A stretch of 63,853 bases of DNA, the filler included, from Reticulomyxa filosa (taxonomy: Eukaryota > Protista > Foraminifera), in assembly GCA_000512085.1 (NCBI GenBank). It is 16 parts of 16 records of this genome, joined end to end, with 100 filler letters (N's around TTAATTAATTAA, not from the genome) between each part and the next. Parts side by side here need not be neighbours in the genome. Positions count along the whole stretch, not along the records: positions 25,628 to 28,300 come from ASPP01005943.1; positions 28,401 to 31,727 come from ASPP01019377.1; positions 31,828 to 33,282 come from ASPP01001141.1; positions 33,383 to 35,007 come from ASPP01000198.1; positions 35,108 to 45,333 come from ASPP01006116.1; 11 more parts are not named here. One strand, written 5' to 3'. The translations under genes and the position numbers were made by a program. The notes under the pieces were generated by a model. That model was given only the letters and a program-made list of their open reading frames with translations, was not told the origin of the DNA and did not search any database. Each line of letters starts with the position of its first letter. The stretch's first letter is position 1. Positions 26,190-39,056 of this stretch are shown one piece after another.

Positions 26190-27715
26190 AGAAGATGCAC
26201 ATTTAGAAGGACATTCAAATGGAGTAAAAGCTGTTAAATGTTCACCAGATGAGACAAAAATAATATCCCATTCTGACAATGAAATTATAATATGGGATTC
26301 ATTATCAAGAAAACAACTCCACATATTGGAAGGTCATCCAGATGCAATAAATTCAGTACATATTTCACCTGATGGATCTAAAATTAGGAAAACAGCTTCA
26401 ATTATTAAAAGGACATCATACAAAGGTGAATGACACAATTTTGGAACTATCAAGTGAAAATTGTGCTTTAGTTTCAAATGATCGTAGCATTCTAATATGG
26501 GACGTATTATCTGGAGAGCAGCTGTCGAAAAAAAATTCAAATTGTGTACATAGTGCACAATTTACATCTAATGGATCAAAAATTGTGTCACATTCCGAGT
26601 ATGGTATTGCAATATGGGATATACTATCAGATCAACAAATTGAAATATCACAATATAAAGACAGGATTAAAGGAGTCCAAGTATCACCGGATGATTCCAA
26701 AATATTGTCATATTCAAGTGATTATATCCAATTATGGGATATGTCTGGAAAAAAAATTCAAGTATTTGAAGGTCATTCAAATCGTGTGAATGGTGCATTT
26801 TTTTCACCAGACGGTTCTAAAATTGTATCCTATTCAAAGGATTGCACAGTCCGAATGTGAGACGTATTATCGGGAAAACAACTTCAATTGTTGGAACATT
26901 CAGAATGGGTTAATAAAGCACGATTTTCATCAAACGCTTCCAAAATCGTGTCATGTTCAAGTGATAATACCATTCGAATATGGGATGTATCATCAGGAAG
27001 ATTAATTCTTTTATTGCGAGAGCATGCTGCGGATATAAAAGATGTTCAATTTTCACCAGATGAGTCTAAAATTTTGTCTTTTGCTGATTTTTTTAACAGT
27101 TCAAATTTGGGATGTGTTATCTGGAAAACAAATTCAAAGATTTAGACATGAAGATTATATAAAGGGAGCACTATTTTCACCGGATGGCTCCAAAGTTGTA
27201 TCATGCTCGGATATGATAATTCAAATCTGGGATATATTATCCGGAAATCAACGTAAAATCCGGCTTTTTCCGGATGGCACTAAAATTATGTCTTGTTCAT
27301 TTGATGAGACGATCCGATTATGGGACTTATTGAGTGGAAAACAAATCCAAGTGTTAAAAGGATATCCCGACAGTGTATTGGCAGCAGAATTTTCATCTGC
27401 TGGCTCTGAAATTATTTCATATTCAAAAGATAAAACTATTCAAATATGCGATTTGTCTTCAAGAAGAAAAATTCAATTAGAAGGACACAATACACAAATT
27501 AATGGTATTCACTTATCACCTGATGATTCAAAGTTAGTATCATACTCTGATGGGACAATTCGGTTATGGGAGTACTGATAATGGTAAAATTGTTGATATA
27601 ACCAAGACTAGTTTCAGTGAAATGTATTTGGGTGAAAGGTAGTATTTGGAAGAATACAACTTGCTTGACAGATCAACAGAAATTGCTTGTGAAACAACGT
27701 GGTGGATTATTTTGA
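26190..27715 (+). pseudogene. WD40-repeat gene (~10 repeats) with several frameshifts and an in-frame TGA
   Basis: Repeated (L/F)EGH..V..(A/V).FSPDGSKIVS.S.D.TI.(I/L)WD units across three frames, TGA replacing a Trp codon at 26858, and a tail GSIWKNTTCLTDQQKLLVKQRGGLF*. Confidence 0.85.
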
Positions 27716-27913
27716 TCTTTTTTTGTTTGTTTGTATTTATCTGTGAATAAAATCCATTCCATTTTTAAGACATTTTGTACAATTTTTTGATGATGTTAAA
27801 TACATTTACTCTCAGCAAAACTAACTCTTTTAGGGATTGCACAAAACAAAATAAAATCGCAATTGACTTTGAGTTGGTAAAAAAAACTCGTTCATCTTTC
27901 CACTAAATGTGTT

Positions 27914-28221
27914 TTAACAGCGCAAAGCTCTAGTGACAATTAGATACCAAGAGCGAGTAGAATCATGCTGTTCAATTAAATACCAATGCTTGGGTATTCT
28001 CCATTTGTTTGTAAGCTCTCCAAGTGTATATGTAATTATAACAACCCCATGCGTATTCGAACGCTCAACAAAATCGATAACATGTTGGGTTATTGTTTCA
28101 CTGTTTTCATTGTTGATATTTATCACATCAAATCGATCGATATTCAAATCCTTACAAAAATTTCCAAGCCAAGAGACATCAGAGCCACTTAAAATCGAGT
28201 CAATGCTTATAAACCGGGCCT
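27914..28221 (-). CDS. Terminal exon of a hypothetical protein
   Basis: About 100 open codons (KARFISIDSIL..WYLIVTRALRC*) after an AG acceptor; no family recognised. Confidence 0.35.
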
Positions 28222-28876
28222 TCTAATGAGCAAAAATAAAACCGCATAATTTTTTTAAATAATATCATAAACTCTGGAATGCGAAAAAAAAAAAAAAAAA
28301 NNNNNNNNNNNNNNNNNNNNNNNNNNNNNNNNNNNNNNNNNNNNTTAATTAATTAANNNNNNNNNNNNNNNNNNNNNNNNNNNNNNNNNNNNNNNNNNNN
28401 CTTCCTTTTTTATTTTAAATAGATTTCGAGCATGTACACGTATACATATATGTATATATACAAATAAATGCATATATATATTATACTGTTCGTAATGCAT
28501 GCAATTGCTTTTGCAGCGCCGCATTTTCTGACTCTAATTCTGCGATGGTAATTTTTTTAGTGTTCAGTTTCTTTGGTATTGATATTGGTAGTGGGTAGTG
28601 GTAGGATCGACAATTGGAGAGGCTTTTGGTAGTATGTAAGTACTCATTGTCGCGACATCTTCACTAATTTCCAACTGGAAAGTAAATATTTTTCTTTCGA
28701 CTAGACGCCGCTGGTGGTGCAGTTGACAATGGTTGTGACGACTGTTCACTTTTGTACTCAGGTATTCGGTCTGCACGCTATCTTGTTGTCGTCTTGATCA
28801 TCAGATAGCAATGCAAATAACGCAGGAAACTCTTTTTCCATCACAATTTAGTTCCTTCTTCTCTTGTCTGCATTAA

Positions 28877-28879
<3 letters not shown>

Positions 28880-28941
<62 letters not shown>
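28880..28941 (+). repeat. (ATT)n microsatellite
   Basis: About 20 perfect ATT units; a similar (TTA)n tract ends the window at 63825-63853. Confidence 0.95.
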
Positions 28942-29479
28942 GCTATTACAAAAGTTTTTTTTTTGATGATTGAAGATCGTATCAAATGTTGTCGATCAAT
29001 ATCTCTAGAAGTGGGAGGCTTTCTCGTTTTCTGTGTTTTTGTTCTCCAGTGCCACTTCAATTGGTACTGGAGATGGTTGCAGGTAATGGTTCTTGATGTT
29101 GAGTGGCGACCGATCCATTTTTTTCTTCTTTATCCCTTTCTCTATCTTTGTCTTTATCTTTATCGCTATTAATCACATTTTCCGTTGCTTTAAGCTGCGC
29201 TGGTTGCTCGTCTTTTTCAGTCCAGCGATGTCTGATATTCCAAATCGCTTGGTAGTTCTATCATTCGTTCAGAAGCAGTCATGTCTTTCAATTGGGACTT
29301 TTTTTAAAAAAAAAATAAAATAAAATGAAATAAAATAAATTACACACGCAAAGGTGCAATCCAGTTTTTTTTTTTTTTTTTTTTTTAAATAAGGTATATA
29401 CGCTATATAAATAAAACATGCATGTCATGTACAAAAAAGTACTTGTCAACAACAGGATCGTTTTGAGTTTTTGTTATTC

Positions 29480-30960
29480 AAATGCGATGTTCTTCATTTG
29501 TGGATGGAATCCAAGACGATTTTTTTCTTTGCGTTATCAGGACTGCAGCATATCTTGTTTTTTTTCCCGATTCGTCCAAGATTGGCATTGCTGTCGACAG
29601 TTTCGGTGCGTTTTTTTTGGTCTGTTGCCATGAAGGTGATAATGCTGCTGAGCACATCATATTCTGCAGATCAGCAAAACTCTCAAAGAGGAGATATAAT
29701 ATCCATCGTCATCGCAGTATTTGGCTGCATTCAAGTGATTCGTATTGTTGCATGTTGTTGCATGTTGTTGCATGTTGTTGACAGGACGATTTTGAGAAGA
29801 GACAAAGGAATCTGGAGCAGACAATTTGAAAGCTGATTTTTTTTTTTTTTGAAACGTTTGTATTACCATTAACATTGACATTAACATTAACATTAGTATT
29901 AGTATTAGCCATTTGCATTTGCATTACTATAATTGTTTCTTTCCTCGTTTCTTGTCTTCAAGATCGTCCAAATCTTATGTTTCATTGGTCACACAGTGTT
30001 GATATCGCCAGTGCGCTATTTGTAGCACTTCTTTGGCGTCGTCGCGTTGATTTTGATCGGTGGTGACAGCCTCGGATCGACACTGGCTTGCCGTGGAACG
30101 CTTCGAAGTATCTTTGGCAAGTGTGGTGAACATTTCAAAGGCACTGTGGACTGCCACTGCTTGAAATCGCCGCACTCGTGTAGAGTTTTCCATTGGGGTG
30201 ATATGTGAAGTTGATCCACGCTCGCGAATGGTGCTTTCAGGTATAAAAAAAAATTCTATAGCAGACTAAACAAAATCAACTGACTAGTTATTTTTTTAAA
30301 AAACAAATTCAAAGTGATATTGCTCGAAATTATCTTCATCATCCTCCTATTCATCTTCTTGCTTCATCATATCTTGGTACTAGTTTCGTACAACTCCTCC
30401 ACCAAATTGACCACTTTCACGTGGAACTATTCTACCGATGTAGTCATTTGCTTGATTTCCACATGAATTGTTTTCTCGACTTCAACTTCTTTGAAGTCCA
30501 GCCGCTGCCACCGTTGAGACACCGCAATGGTGATATTAGGCAAAGTGAAACCAATATCAACACCTTCTTTTCTTCTTGACGAGCTTGCTTTTGTATCGGA
30601 CAGCCCAATGTCCAGATTTTCTGATATTGATCTAGGAGATCTTGCACGACTGTTTCAGTGCCACCATATAACTGCGGCTTTCAACTACGAACTTCATCCA
30701 ATATCGTCGCCCTTGTGATGATTGACATACATATGCTTGAATAATGATCTTTGTTGACGTTCGTATATCGCCATACGCCATCCACATGTTTGATGCGATC
30801 CATGAGTATACCATTTTTCTTTACTTTTCATTATTGGACGATTCTTTCTTGCTTTCTTGATTGCATTGTTCCAATTGCTAAATGTCGATCATGCTTTCTC
30901 CTATCGGCACACTTACAATACAAATCTACAGTTGCGAATACGCGCACGTACAATCAATTC
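29480..30960 (-). pseudogene. Decayed coding relic, possibly retroelement-derived
   Basis: Higher-GC coding-like sequence broken by many stops; only weak Cys/His remnants (PKKCYK, CRI*CAQQHYH). Confidence 0.25.
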
Positions 30961-31899
30961 GATACGATCGATCAGTCTCCTCTAATCGATTGCCCAGCGT
31001 CCAAGTTTTTTTTAAAAAAATCTTTTTTTTCTTTTTTTCACATTGTTCTCTTTTTTATTTTTTTTCTTTTTCATTTTTCAACATTTTTTTAATTTCTTTT
31101 TTATTTTGCATTTTTCATTTTTTTATTTTTTTCAATTTTTCTAAATAAGTTTTTTTCTACTTTCTTTATTCACTTTTTCAATTTTTTTGCCCCCCTTTTC
31201 TAATTTATTTTCACAATTATTTTTCCCATTTTTTACATTCATTTTCCCTTTTTTTCCATTTAATTTTTTCCAATTTTCTTTTACTAATTTTTTCAATCAC
31301 TTTTTCCCTTCTATTTTCTTTCCCCACTCAATTTTCCCTATCAATATAATCTCAAATAAAAATAAATAAACTTTCAAATTTTTTTTGAACATTGAAAAAA
31401 AAAAAATACATATATTTGCTATTGAGCTAAAAGCTCTATTTCCAATCTAACTATAAATTTTTTTTCTTTTGTGACGATGATGGTTCAAAAAAAAATTTTT
31501 GTTGATGGGGGCGTGCCTATTGATAAACATAAACATTTGCTAAAAAAAATAAAAAATAAAAAAAAGATACAAACAATTTCATTTTTTTTGCGACACAGGG
31601 TAGCTTCAACCCCGAAATTGTTCTTTGTTGGCAGTTTGGATTGTGACGTATACAAATTTTTTTTTTGTGGATAGACGGGTTACGGCTGTTAAAACAAATA
31701 CAATCAATTATGTCAAAAAAAATATATNNNNNNNNNNNNNNNNNNNNNNNNNNNNNNNNNNNNNNNNNNNNTTAATTAATTAANNNNNNNNNNNNNNNNN
31801 NNNNNNNNNNNNNNNNNNNNNNNNNNNAACATAAAATTTTTAAATAAGAAGATATGGACTTTCAATTTTTTATGTTTTGAACATCAAGAGTTTTCCTTG

Positions 31900-33120
31900 A
31901 CATGTAGGTAGATCTACAACACATAAACTTTGCCAAAGGAGAAGCTAGCAAGAAAAAAAAACTTTGCTTGTAATAAAACGCTTTTACTAAAACGCAAACT
32001 GGAAAATTGAAAAACGTGAATGGAATGACGTCGACTGGACTGCAAACTATGGCTACGCAGATGGAATATCGTCCGACGAAGAAAGCGACGAAGACAACTT
32101 TGCGTCGCAATTGAGAAGAAATTTGAAGATGACGTCAACAAAGTATCGGCAATACCAATGGACATAATCGCTATGTTGTCTTCAGACAAATCACGAGAAG
32201 CGTCGTAAAGCAATGGATGAGGAGAAGGAGAAGGCAAATCCTCTGGGATCGTCTAAGGACCGCTGTTGCATTACGAAATAGAGCATAAGTACGAATAGAA
32301 GCTGGTCGAGATGAAAAAGTAGCTGATATGATAGCAGCAATAGAACAAAATGTAAATGAGACAGTGAAATCAGTATCGGCAAAGGATGACAATAAAAACG
32401 AGGAAGAAAATACTAACGCCGATGCTAATGCTAATGTTAAGGTGATGCAGATCTACATTCGCTTTAACGAGTTGATAAAATCGACAACACAGAAATTCAG
32501 TGATGGATTAATCAAGTCACTTAACTTTGAGGAGTTGCTGCTGCACATTTTGAAACTGACCAGGTCGACTCACATTTTACGCAGAACGGGACTGGGTGGT
32601 GCAATATGACGTGAGACTGTTGATCTAGATCATGCTGCGGCCGATACTGTTTGAGATGTTCAAACGCATAAAGAAAGACTAGTCATTCGTTATGTGAGCG
32701 CTATATTCCAAAGATCGCGAAATTGGAAGTGATTTTGCAAAGTCGCTGCACAAGTTGAGTCGCATTGTAGACAAGTCGCACATGTACACGCACGAACTCA
32801 AGAAAACGCTTTCAGTTGTGGAGGTGACCTACTTTTTATTTAGCGATATTTGCGCAAGTATTTGCCCAAATAGCAGAAGGACGATATTGACTCCAAACAG
32901 CACTTTTACTTGCTCATTTAAATCATGCGATAGTACAAGGAAAGTATCAATTTTCGGTCCGAATTTGGCGATTTGTTCAATTATTTGGCGGAGCAGTTGA
33001 AATTGCATAAAAGCATATGGATGTGTGTAGACTTTGCAAATGACAAGGTATTGACCAGTTTAATGTCTTTGCTTTACGTACTTTTGGCTGGATGACAAGT
33101 TATTCTGGAAGCTTGCTGGA
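31900..33120 (+). pseudogene. Decayed gene with a TFIIS-N/IWS1-like helical domain
   Basis: LLHILKLTRSTHILRRTGLGGAI followed, in a shifted frame, by ..RSRNWK resembles L..TG(I/L)G..V....WK. Multiple stops and frameshifts. Confidence 0.4.
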
Positions 33121-33193
33121 AAAAACGAGTTAATTTAATTACTTATTTATTTATTTGTATAAGTACATCCAACTATATATACATATAAATGTA

Positions 33194-33275
33194 TAGTAGA
33201 ATGCAAAGTAAAGTTGACACCTAAAAAGGCACATTATATAGATGATTGATTTTTTTCATGAAAAAACAACATTCA
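33194..33275 (+). mobile_element. Left terminal inverted repeat of a Tc1/mariner-type element
   Basis: TA + TAGTAG..AAAGTTGACAC.TAAAA.G.CAC.TTATA.AGATGATTG..CATGAAAAAACAACATT is a near reverse complement of 33748-33828. Confidence 0.7.
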
Positions 33276-33409
33276 GACCTAANNNNNNNNNNNNNNNNNN
33301 NNNNNNNNNNNNNNNNNNNNNNNNNNTTAATTAATTAANNNNNNNNNNNNNNNNNNNNNNNNNNNNNNNNNNNNNNNNNNNNGTTAAAACAAAAAAAATG
33401 AAAAAAATG

Positions 33410-33828
33410 AATTTACTGCAAATTCAACTGATCTAAATAAAATTGAAAATCTTTGGTGGATAGTAAAGACAATGATTCACAAAAAAGGATCATTTAATAC
33501 AACTGAAGAAATTTGGAACTAATTCGAAACATAATGTGGAAAAATGTAAAAAAATATTTTTGAAACCTTAGTAAAGTCGATTCCAAAGAAAATACATACA
33601 GTTAAAAAAGCCAAAGGAGATATAACATGTCGGTAAACATAAATTAAATTTTAAAAACAAATCTTATCATGATCATGAACAACAAAAAATTTTTTTAAAG
33701 TAAATGATTTGTAGATATTTTTTTAAATAAAAAAAAAAATTTTGATTAAATGTTGTTTTTTCATGGAGAAACACAATCATCTCTATAAGGTGGCATTTTA
33801 TGTGTCAACTTTCTTTTTTATCTTACTG
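33410..33828 (+). mobile_element. Tc1/mariner transposase 3' remnant plus right TIR ending ACTG-TA
   Basis: ANSTDLNKIENLWWIVK (SPDLNPIENLW motif)..ETLVKSIPKKIHTVKKAKGDITCR*, with internal stops. The TIR ends at 33828 and is followed by TA. Confidence 0.85.
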
Positions 33829-36491
33829 TATATATAAAGACTACATTAGTATTGTTAGACATTGACTGAAACTATTGATGTACTTTGACGTAAATTGATC
33901 GTTTTGGCACAAATTTAAGCAATCATTACATTGCAATGATATGCCAGCCTTGAGCAAGGAGAAATCATTGAACTAGTCTGTAAAATTGAAATATGTTTTC
34001 TTAATAAAAATTTCTTATTTTCAAAAAATGAATTTTGACAAGTTTATGTTATTTAAATGTAATGAATTGTTTTGTTTATAAAAAATTAAAAAAAAAATTA
34101 GTACATTATATTTAAAGTGTTTTGTTTTTTTTGTTGATAAGGATTGTAAATTTGATTGCTGGCATCGGTGGCGACCACAACAATGTTTTATTTTCTTTTT
34201 TTTTCTAAACTTGTGGGGAGTCTAATGTGAATAGCTACACTAAATGTAATAGGAAAAGGTTTTACTCGAATGAGAGTGACTTTCAGTAAAACAAAGTAAA
34301 TTAAATAATAAATCAAAATGACAAAAAGGAAAGTAAGTAAGAAGTAGTTGGTTGAGGAAGTTTAGCCTACTGAAAATTCCTCAGTTCCATTTGTGTTCAA
34401 GTATTTATAGTAGTGATTGTCCTACAAACTGATGTCTGGATTGCGATTCAATGTTCCACTTTTTATCCACTATGTCGAGATTACGGACATGTTCATCATG
34501 TTCACGTAGGTGGATTGATGTCCTATATCTCAAAGTATCTATCGACTACTAGTTTGAGTTTGTCTTAATGGTGTGATGTTGATTTGATATTTTTTTACTC
34601 AACAGTTAGTATCAATCTAACATTCAGAGATAATATACTTGCTTCTTAAAGCCATACATGGTTTCAGGAAAAAGAATATAGCATTCATTAATAAAAAGAT
34701 ACATTACTTTATTCAAACTAAAGCTGTTACAATAAAAGCAAATTTAATGTTTGCTTTGTCTTCAAATATTTTTTCATTTCCAATATTTGTCTTTGCTTTG
34801 TTGTTGATTTGCCTTACACAATTATTTTCACATATGACAACCTACATCTTCAGTTGTTAGTGACTGTCAGTTATATCTGCGTTTGAATCGCTTTGCTGTC
34901 GATTAATATAGTTGCTTACTTTTATTATTAATTTACCATTTACAGTTTTCGAGCTTTCTACATTAACTGTCAAAGCGCCCACGTTCTTTTTTTTTCTTCC
35001 CCCCCCCNNNNNNNNNNNNNNNNNNNNNNNNNNNNNNNNNNNNNNNNNNNNTTAATTAATTAANNNNNNNNNNNNNNNNNNNNNNNNNNNNNNNNNNNNN
35101 NNNNNNNTTTTTTTAGTGATCCGATTTTGTATAGTTTTTTTCTTTTTTTTTGCTCATGACGCGTTTCTTTTGAGATGTGACTTTAAAACGTTTTTTTGCG
35201 ATCTTTTTTGTTTTGTTTGAGAATCTTAAAACTGTTTGTGTGGAGGGTTATTTCTTTTTTGTCTTTATTCGTTTATTCGTTTCTTGTTCGTTGTTGAAAT
35301 AATGTAAGGGTTCTTTTTCGAAAGTGATGTTTCTTTGTCAAATTTTCAAACTTTTGTTTAATACAAAAAATATTTGAGATTGGACAATTGTGCCAGAGGT
35401 TACAAAAGACATGCCAACAAACAATTTTAATTTTGTTCGAAAAATTTTAATCATACCCTCACGTATTTCAAATACTAATCAAAAAATTCGAGTATTCGCT
35501 GGAAATGGTAAATATATTATATTTGAATAGAGTTTAAAATTGCGTGCTTCTAACAATCTTAATTTTTTTCTATTTTTATTTTCGAAAAAAAATATCTTCG
35601 ATAGTCAGTTTTAGTTGTAGAACTTTGCTTCGTTCACTTTTTAAATCCTTTCTACTAGTACGAAAGAATTTTTTTTTATTGATTGTTTCTTCAGTTTTTT
35701 TTTGAATATTTTTGTTCCAACAAAGAAAAGAACAATGAAAAATTGAAACGTACGTTTATATTTACTTTGTTTTTCTGTTTTTGTTTGAGGATGAAACAGT
35801 ACATTCCTAGTTTCTGACAACAAAGAGATGTCAACCTTTTTTCTGAAAACTTAATGATTTTTGTGATATTTGAGGATAGTGAATCTTTAAAAAATTTAGT
35901 TTTTGGTTGTAAACAGTGCGACTAGTTATGCGAAATCGTATAAAGGTGCAAAAAAAAAAAGTTAATTGGTGTGTTTGAATCATACTTCAAAATGATGACA
36001 AATTATATTTTGATCGAGGTTTACTCAGGAAAAAATTTTTGCACGTCAGTCTGATCTTTTTCCTGGAATATCCTTTTTTTATGTTTATTTTTTTATTAAT
36101 TTTTGTTTGTTTGATTTTGTTTATAGTTTGAGCAAAAGGTCCAGAAAGATTTATGACAAATAAAATTTTTGAAGGACTTATTGTTTTGTTTCAAAAAGTT
36201 GTAATTCAATAATTGAATGTAAATTTAAAACTTTTTTTGCAAAAACATTGACTTCTTGCACTAACAATTCTTGTAGTGTCTATTACAAAAATTTCACTTC
36301 GTGAGGTTAGGCTAAGTTGAAATTCTTACATAATTGTGATCATTAAAAGATAAAGAAATTACTTTTGCAAACTAAATTCACCTTTTTCTTTGTGCAAGAA
36401 AAGTTCGTTTGAATTTATAGGAATTTTATTTACCTGGAATCAGTGAAAAAATTTTTTTTGGACTTTCAAAAATAATATTGTGTACTGAAAA

Positions 36492-37660
36492 ATGAATCCT
36501 ACGTTTGGTATGAACACGCAAACCTTGCCTTATCTGGGAAGCAACTACTCGTATGGTCGGTTGCAACAACCACAGCCTTACGTTGCATCCAATTTTTCTT
36601 ATCCAGCCTCTATGGTGAACACAGCACACAATTTTCATGCAGGAATACCTAACAATGGCTACAATGAAATAGTATCAGTTTCTCAATGTCAATCAGAGAT
36701 ATCAAGGGCATATCAAATGAAACAAGAGCAGCTCTGGATTTCTCATCAAAGAAATGTAGAAGAAATTAATCACATGAACTCATATCCCCACATTCGCCAC
36801 CACTGCGTTATTACCGACCGTTTGGATAAAGACGACAGTCGTTACACAAATTTTACGAAGCAGGTGGAAAACAATGAACGTTTATTTGACGCTAATGACG
36901 ACACATTCGAGGACAGAAATTACATTGCACAAAAAATGAACGCACAGCGGTTGTCAGCTTTAAGTTATTACTATTTTATTTTAATAATGTACAGTACAAC
37001 ATCAACTAAAAAAAAAAAGACATTGAGTCGGGTAACTTGTCGCGTAATTCATCAAGAGAGTCATTTATTCGTGATAATTGCGAGTGTGGTGACGATTCGG
37101 ATGAGGATAGAGCAAACAACGTAAGTGATTACGTATCGACTCCCAGCACGACCAGCAGTGTGTCCAATGATGATTCACTGCCGTTGTGCAATCCTGGAGA
37201 CAATTCAATGTGTGTGACTACTTGTGAAAAAAATGTCACGGATCAAAGAAGGGTTACATGTTTAGGTTTGTTGGAGGACTGGTGTGGACAAATGGATGAA
37301 AGAAACAAACCCAATGAAAAAACTGAGAGTGACAAAGAGCAACAGTTTGTGATTGACTATGCATGGATCAATGAGGAGTTAGACAAATTGGAAACGGCAA
37401 GAGAAGAGAAAGTCGCACAGCATACTTCAACTGATATTATTCCTTCCGTTGTTCATTTGCCTGTTCAAGTGCAACTCGCAGTGCCCATCGATCATCCAGT
37501 ACCATGGATGAACGCTACCTATGCAATGCCTATGCCAATGATACATTTCCCTTTTCAAACTTATATTCCCACTAATGTAGGAATGGGCACTGCTTTCAAT
37601 GTTAATGTTGTCAACAGTAATAATTACTATATCAATGAACAACTTGGATATTTTGCATAA
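36492..37660 (+). CDS. Hypothetical two-exon low-complexity protein
   Basis: Two long ORFs (36492-37124, 37037-37660) joinable by a phase-1 intron ~36964-37019; no domain recognised. Confidence 0.55.
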
Positions 37661-39056
37661 GGGCAAGAGTTTGATTTTTTTTTTTGTAATGTCTTGTTTT
37701 CATCTGTTTTTGTGTCAGTGTTTTTGTATTGTTTGGTCAGATTTTTTTTTTTACAGCCTCTTTCTTTTCGTGTTTTTTTCTTTCTTTCCTTTTTTTTTGT
37801 TCTTTGTTTTGTTGTGGCTTGTTTTGTAAGTTTCAATAGATATTGAATCTAATTTTTTTAATATTTTTAGTGTTGGTCGTATTACAATTGTTGGAGAACA
37901 AAGACAATTTCTCCTTTGTGGAAAAAGAAGTGTAAACCTCTCATTGTTTCATTTTGAATAAATATGTTTTGTTGTGTTTGCTTTGAAAGCTTTTGGGATG
38001 TTGTGTTGGAGGACAATATAAAAATGACTGGAAACCAGGGCACTGAAATAATTACAAAAATAACCTTGAAAGGTTTTGGTGGATTTTCGTGTCTCAGAGA
38101 TGATTCTGTCGACACTTTAAAATTTTTGCTTGTGAAAACACAACATAACCAAAATGAACAAAATAACCACAACATTTTTTATTTATATGCTTTGATTCTC
38201 AACTCTCCTTTGATTTGTTCGTTTTGCTTGTGTTCTTTTTTCTTTTTGTAATTTTATATTATCTGCACTTTTTGTTTTTTTGTTTGCTTTGTTTTGTTTT
38301 TAAGCAATGTTGATGCTGGATGTTGCTGTTTTTACATGGTAAAATATACAGGTATTTATGTTTGCGAAAGGTAGTGAATGGAATAAATGTAGCTTCTATT
38401 AATTAAAGTGTGGCCATTTCTTTCACTTTTTTGTTTTGATATTTTTTCTGTTTATTTGATTTTAATCCAATGCACGTTCATTGTTATTTTGTGTTTGTAT
38501 GCAAAATGTTTGTGGTTCACCGAACAAAAAAAGAGAAAATTAAAAATAAACGGGACATTCTCATTGTGAAATTTTGTTTGCTGCAATGGATTTTTGAAAG
38601 AAAGGGCAACACAATAAAAGAACAAATTGGTTTGTCATGTTGGTTTTTTTTTCCTTGTTTTTTTTTCATTCTTTTATTAGGAAAGTGGATTTCTGTGTTA
38701 CAATAATATAAAGTTTGTTTGTTGTCTTTTGCTTTTTAATGACATAGTTTGTTTGAAAAAGAGATTGCTTGAAGAGTATTACAATTAAAATTTTGTAAGA
38801 CATCCACATCTGTCAGTCGGTAATTCTTAAATGTGTTTATTGTTTCTTTTAACGCGCTTAACCAACATAAAATCATTTGTTATATTGCCAAAATCTTCAA
38901 AAAATGAATTTGAGGCAGTAAAACCATAACCAAAGGTAATTCTCTTGTCCAGTTAATATTGTGTAAAACCGGCTGTAACAACAAAGGAGTACAGTAGGAC
39001 GAAACGTGATAAAAAATTAATATATAAATTTGACATATCTTGAAAGATAAGTCGCA

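Noticed and set aside
26858-26860. Stop-codon reassignment (TGA at a Trp position here, TAA at a likely Gln position near 61306, TAG at 54834)
   Set aside because: The first two lie in frameshifted relics and the third in an orphan fragment. Intact genes end in TGA or TAA, and long ORFs use TGG and CAA/CAG without internal stops.
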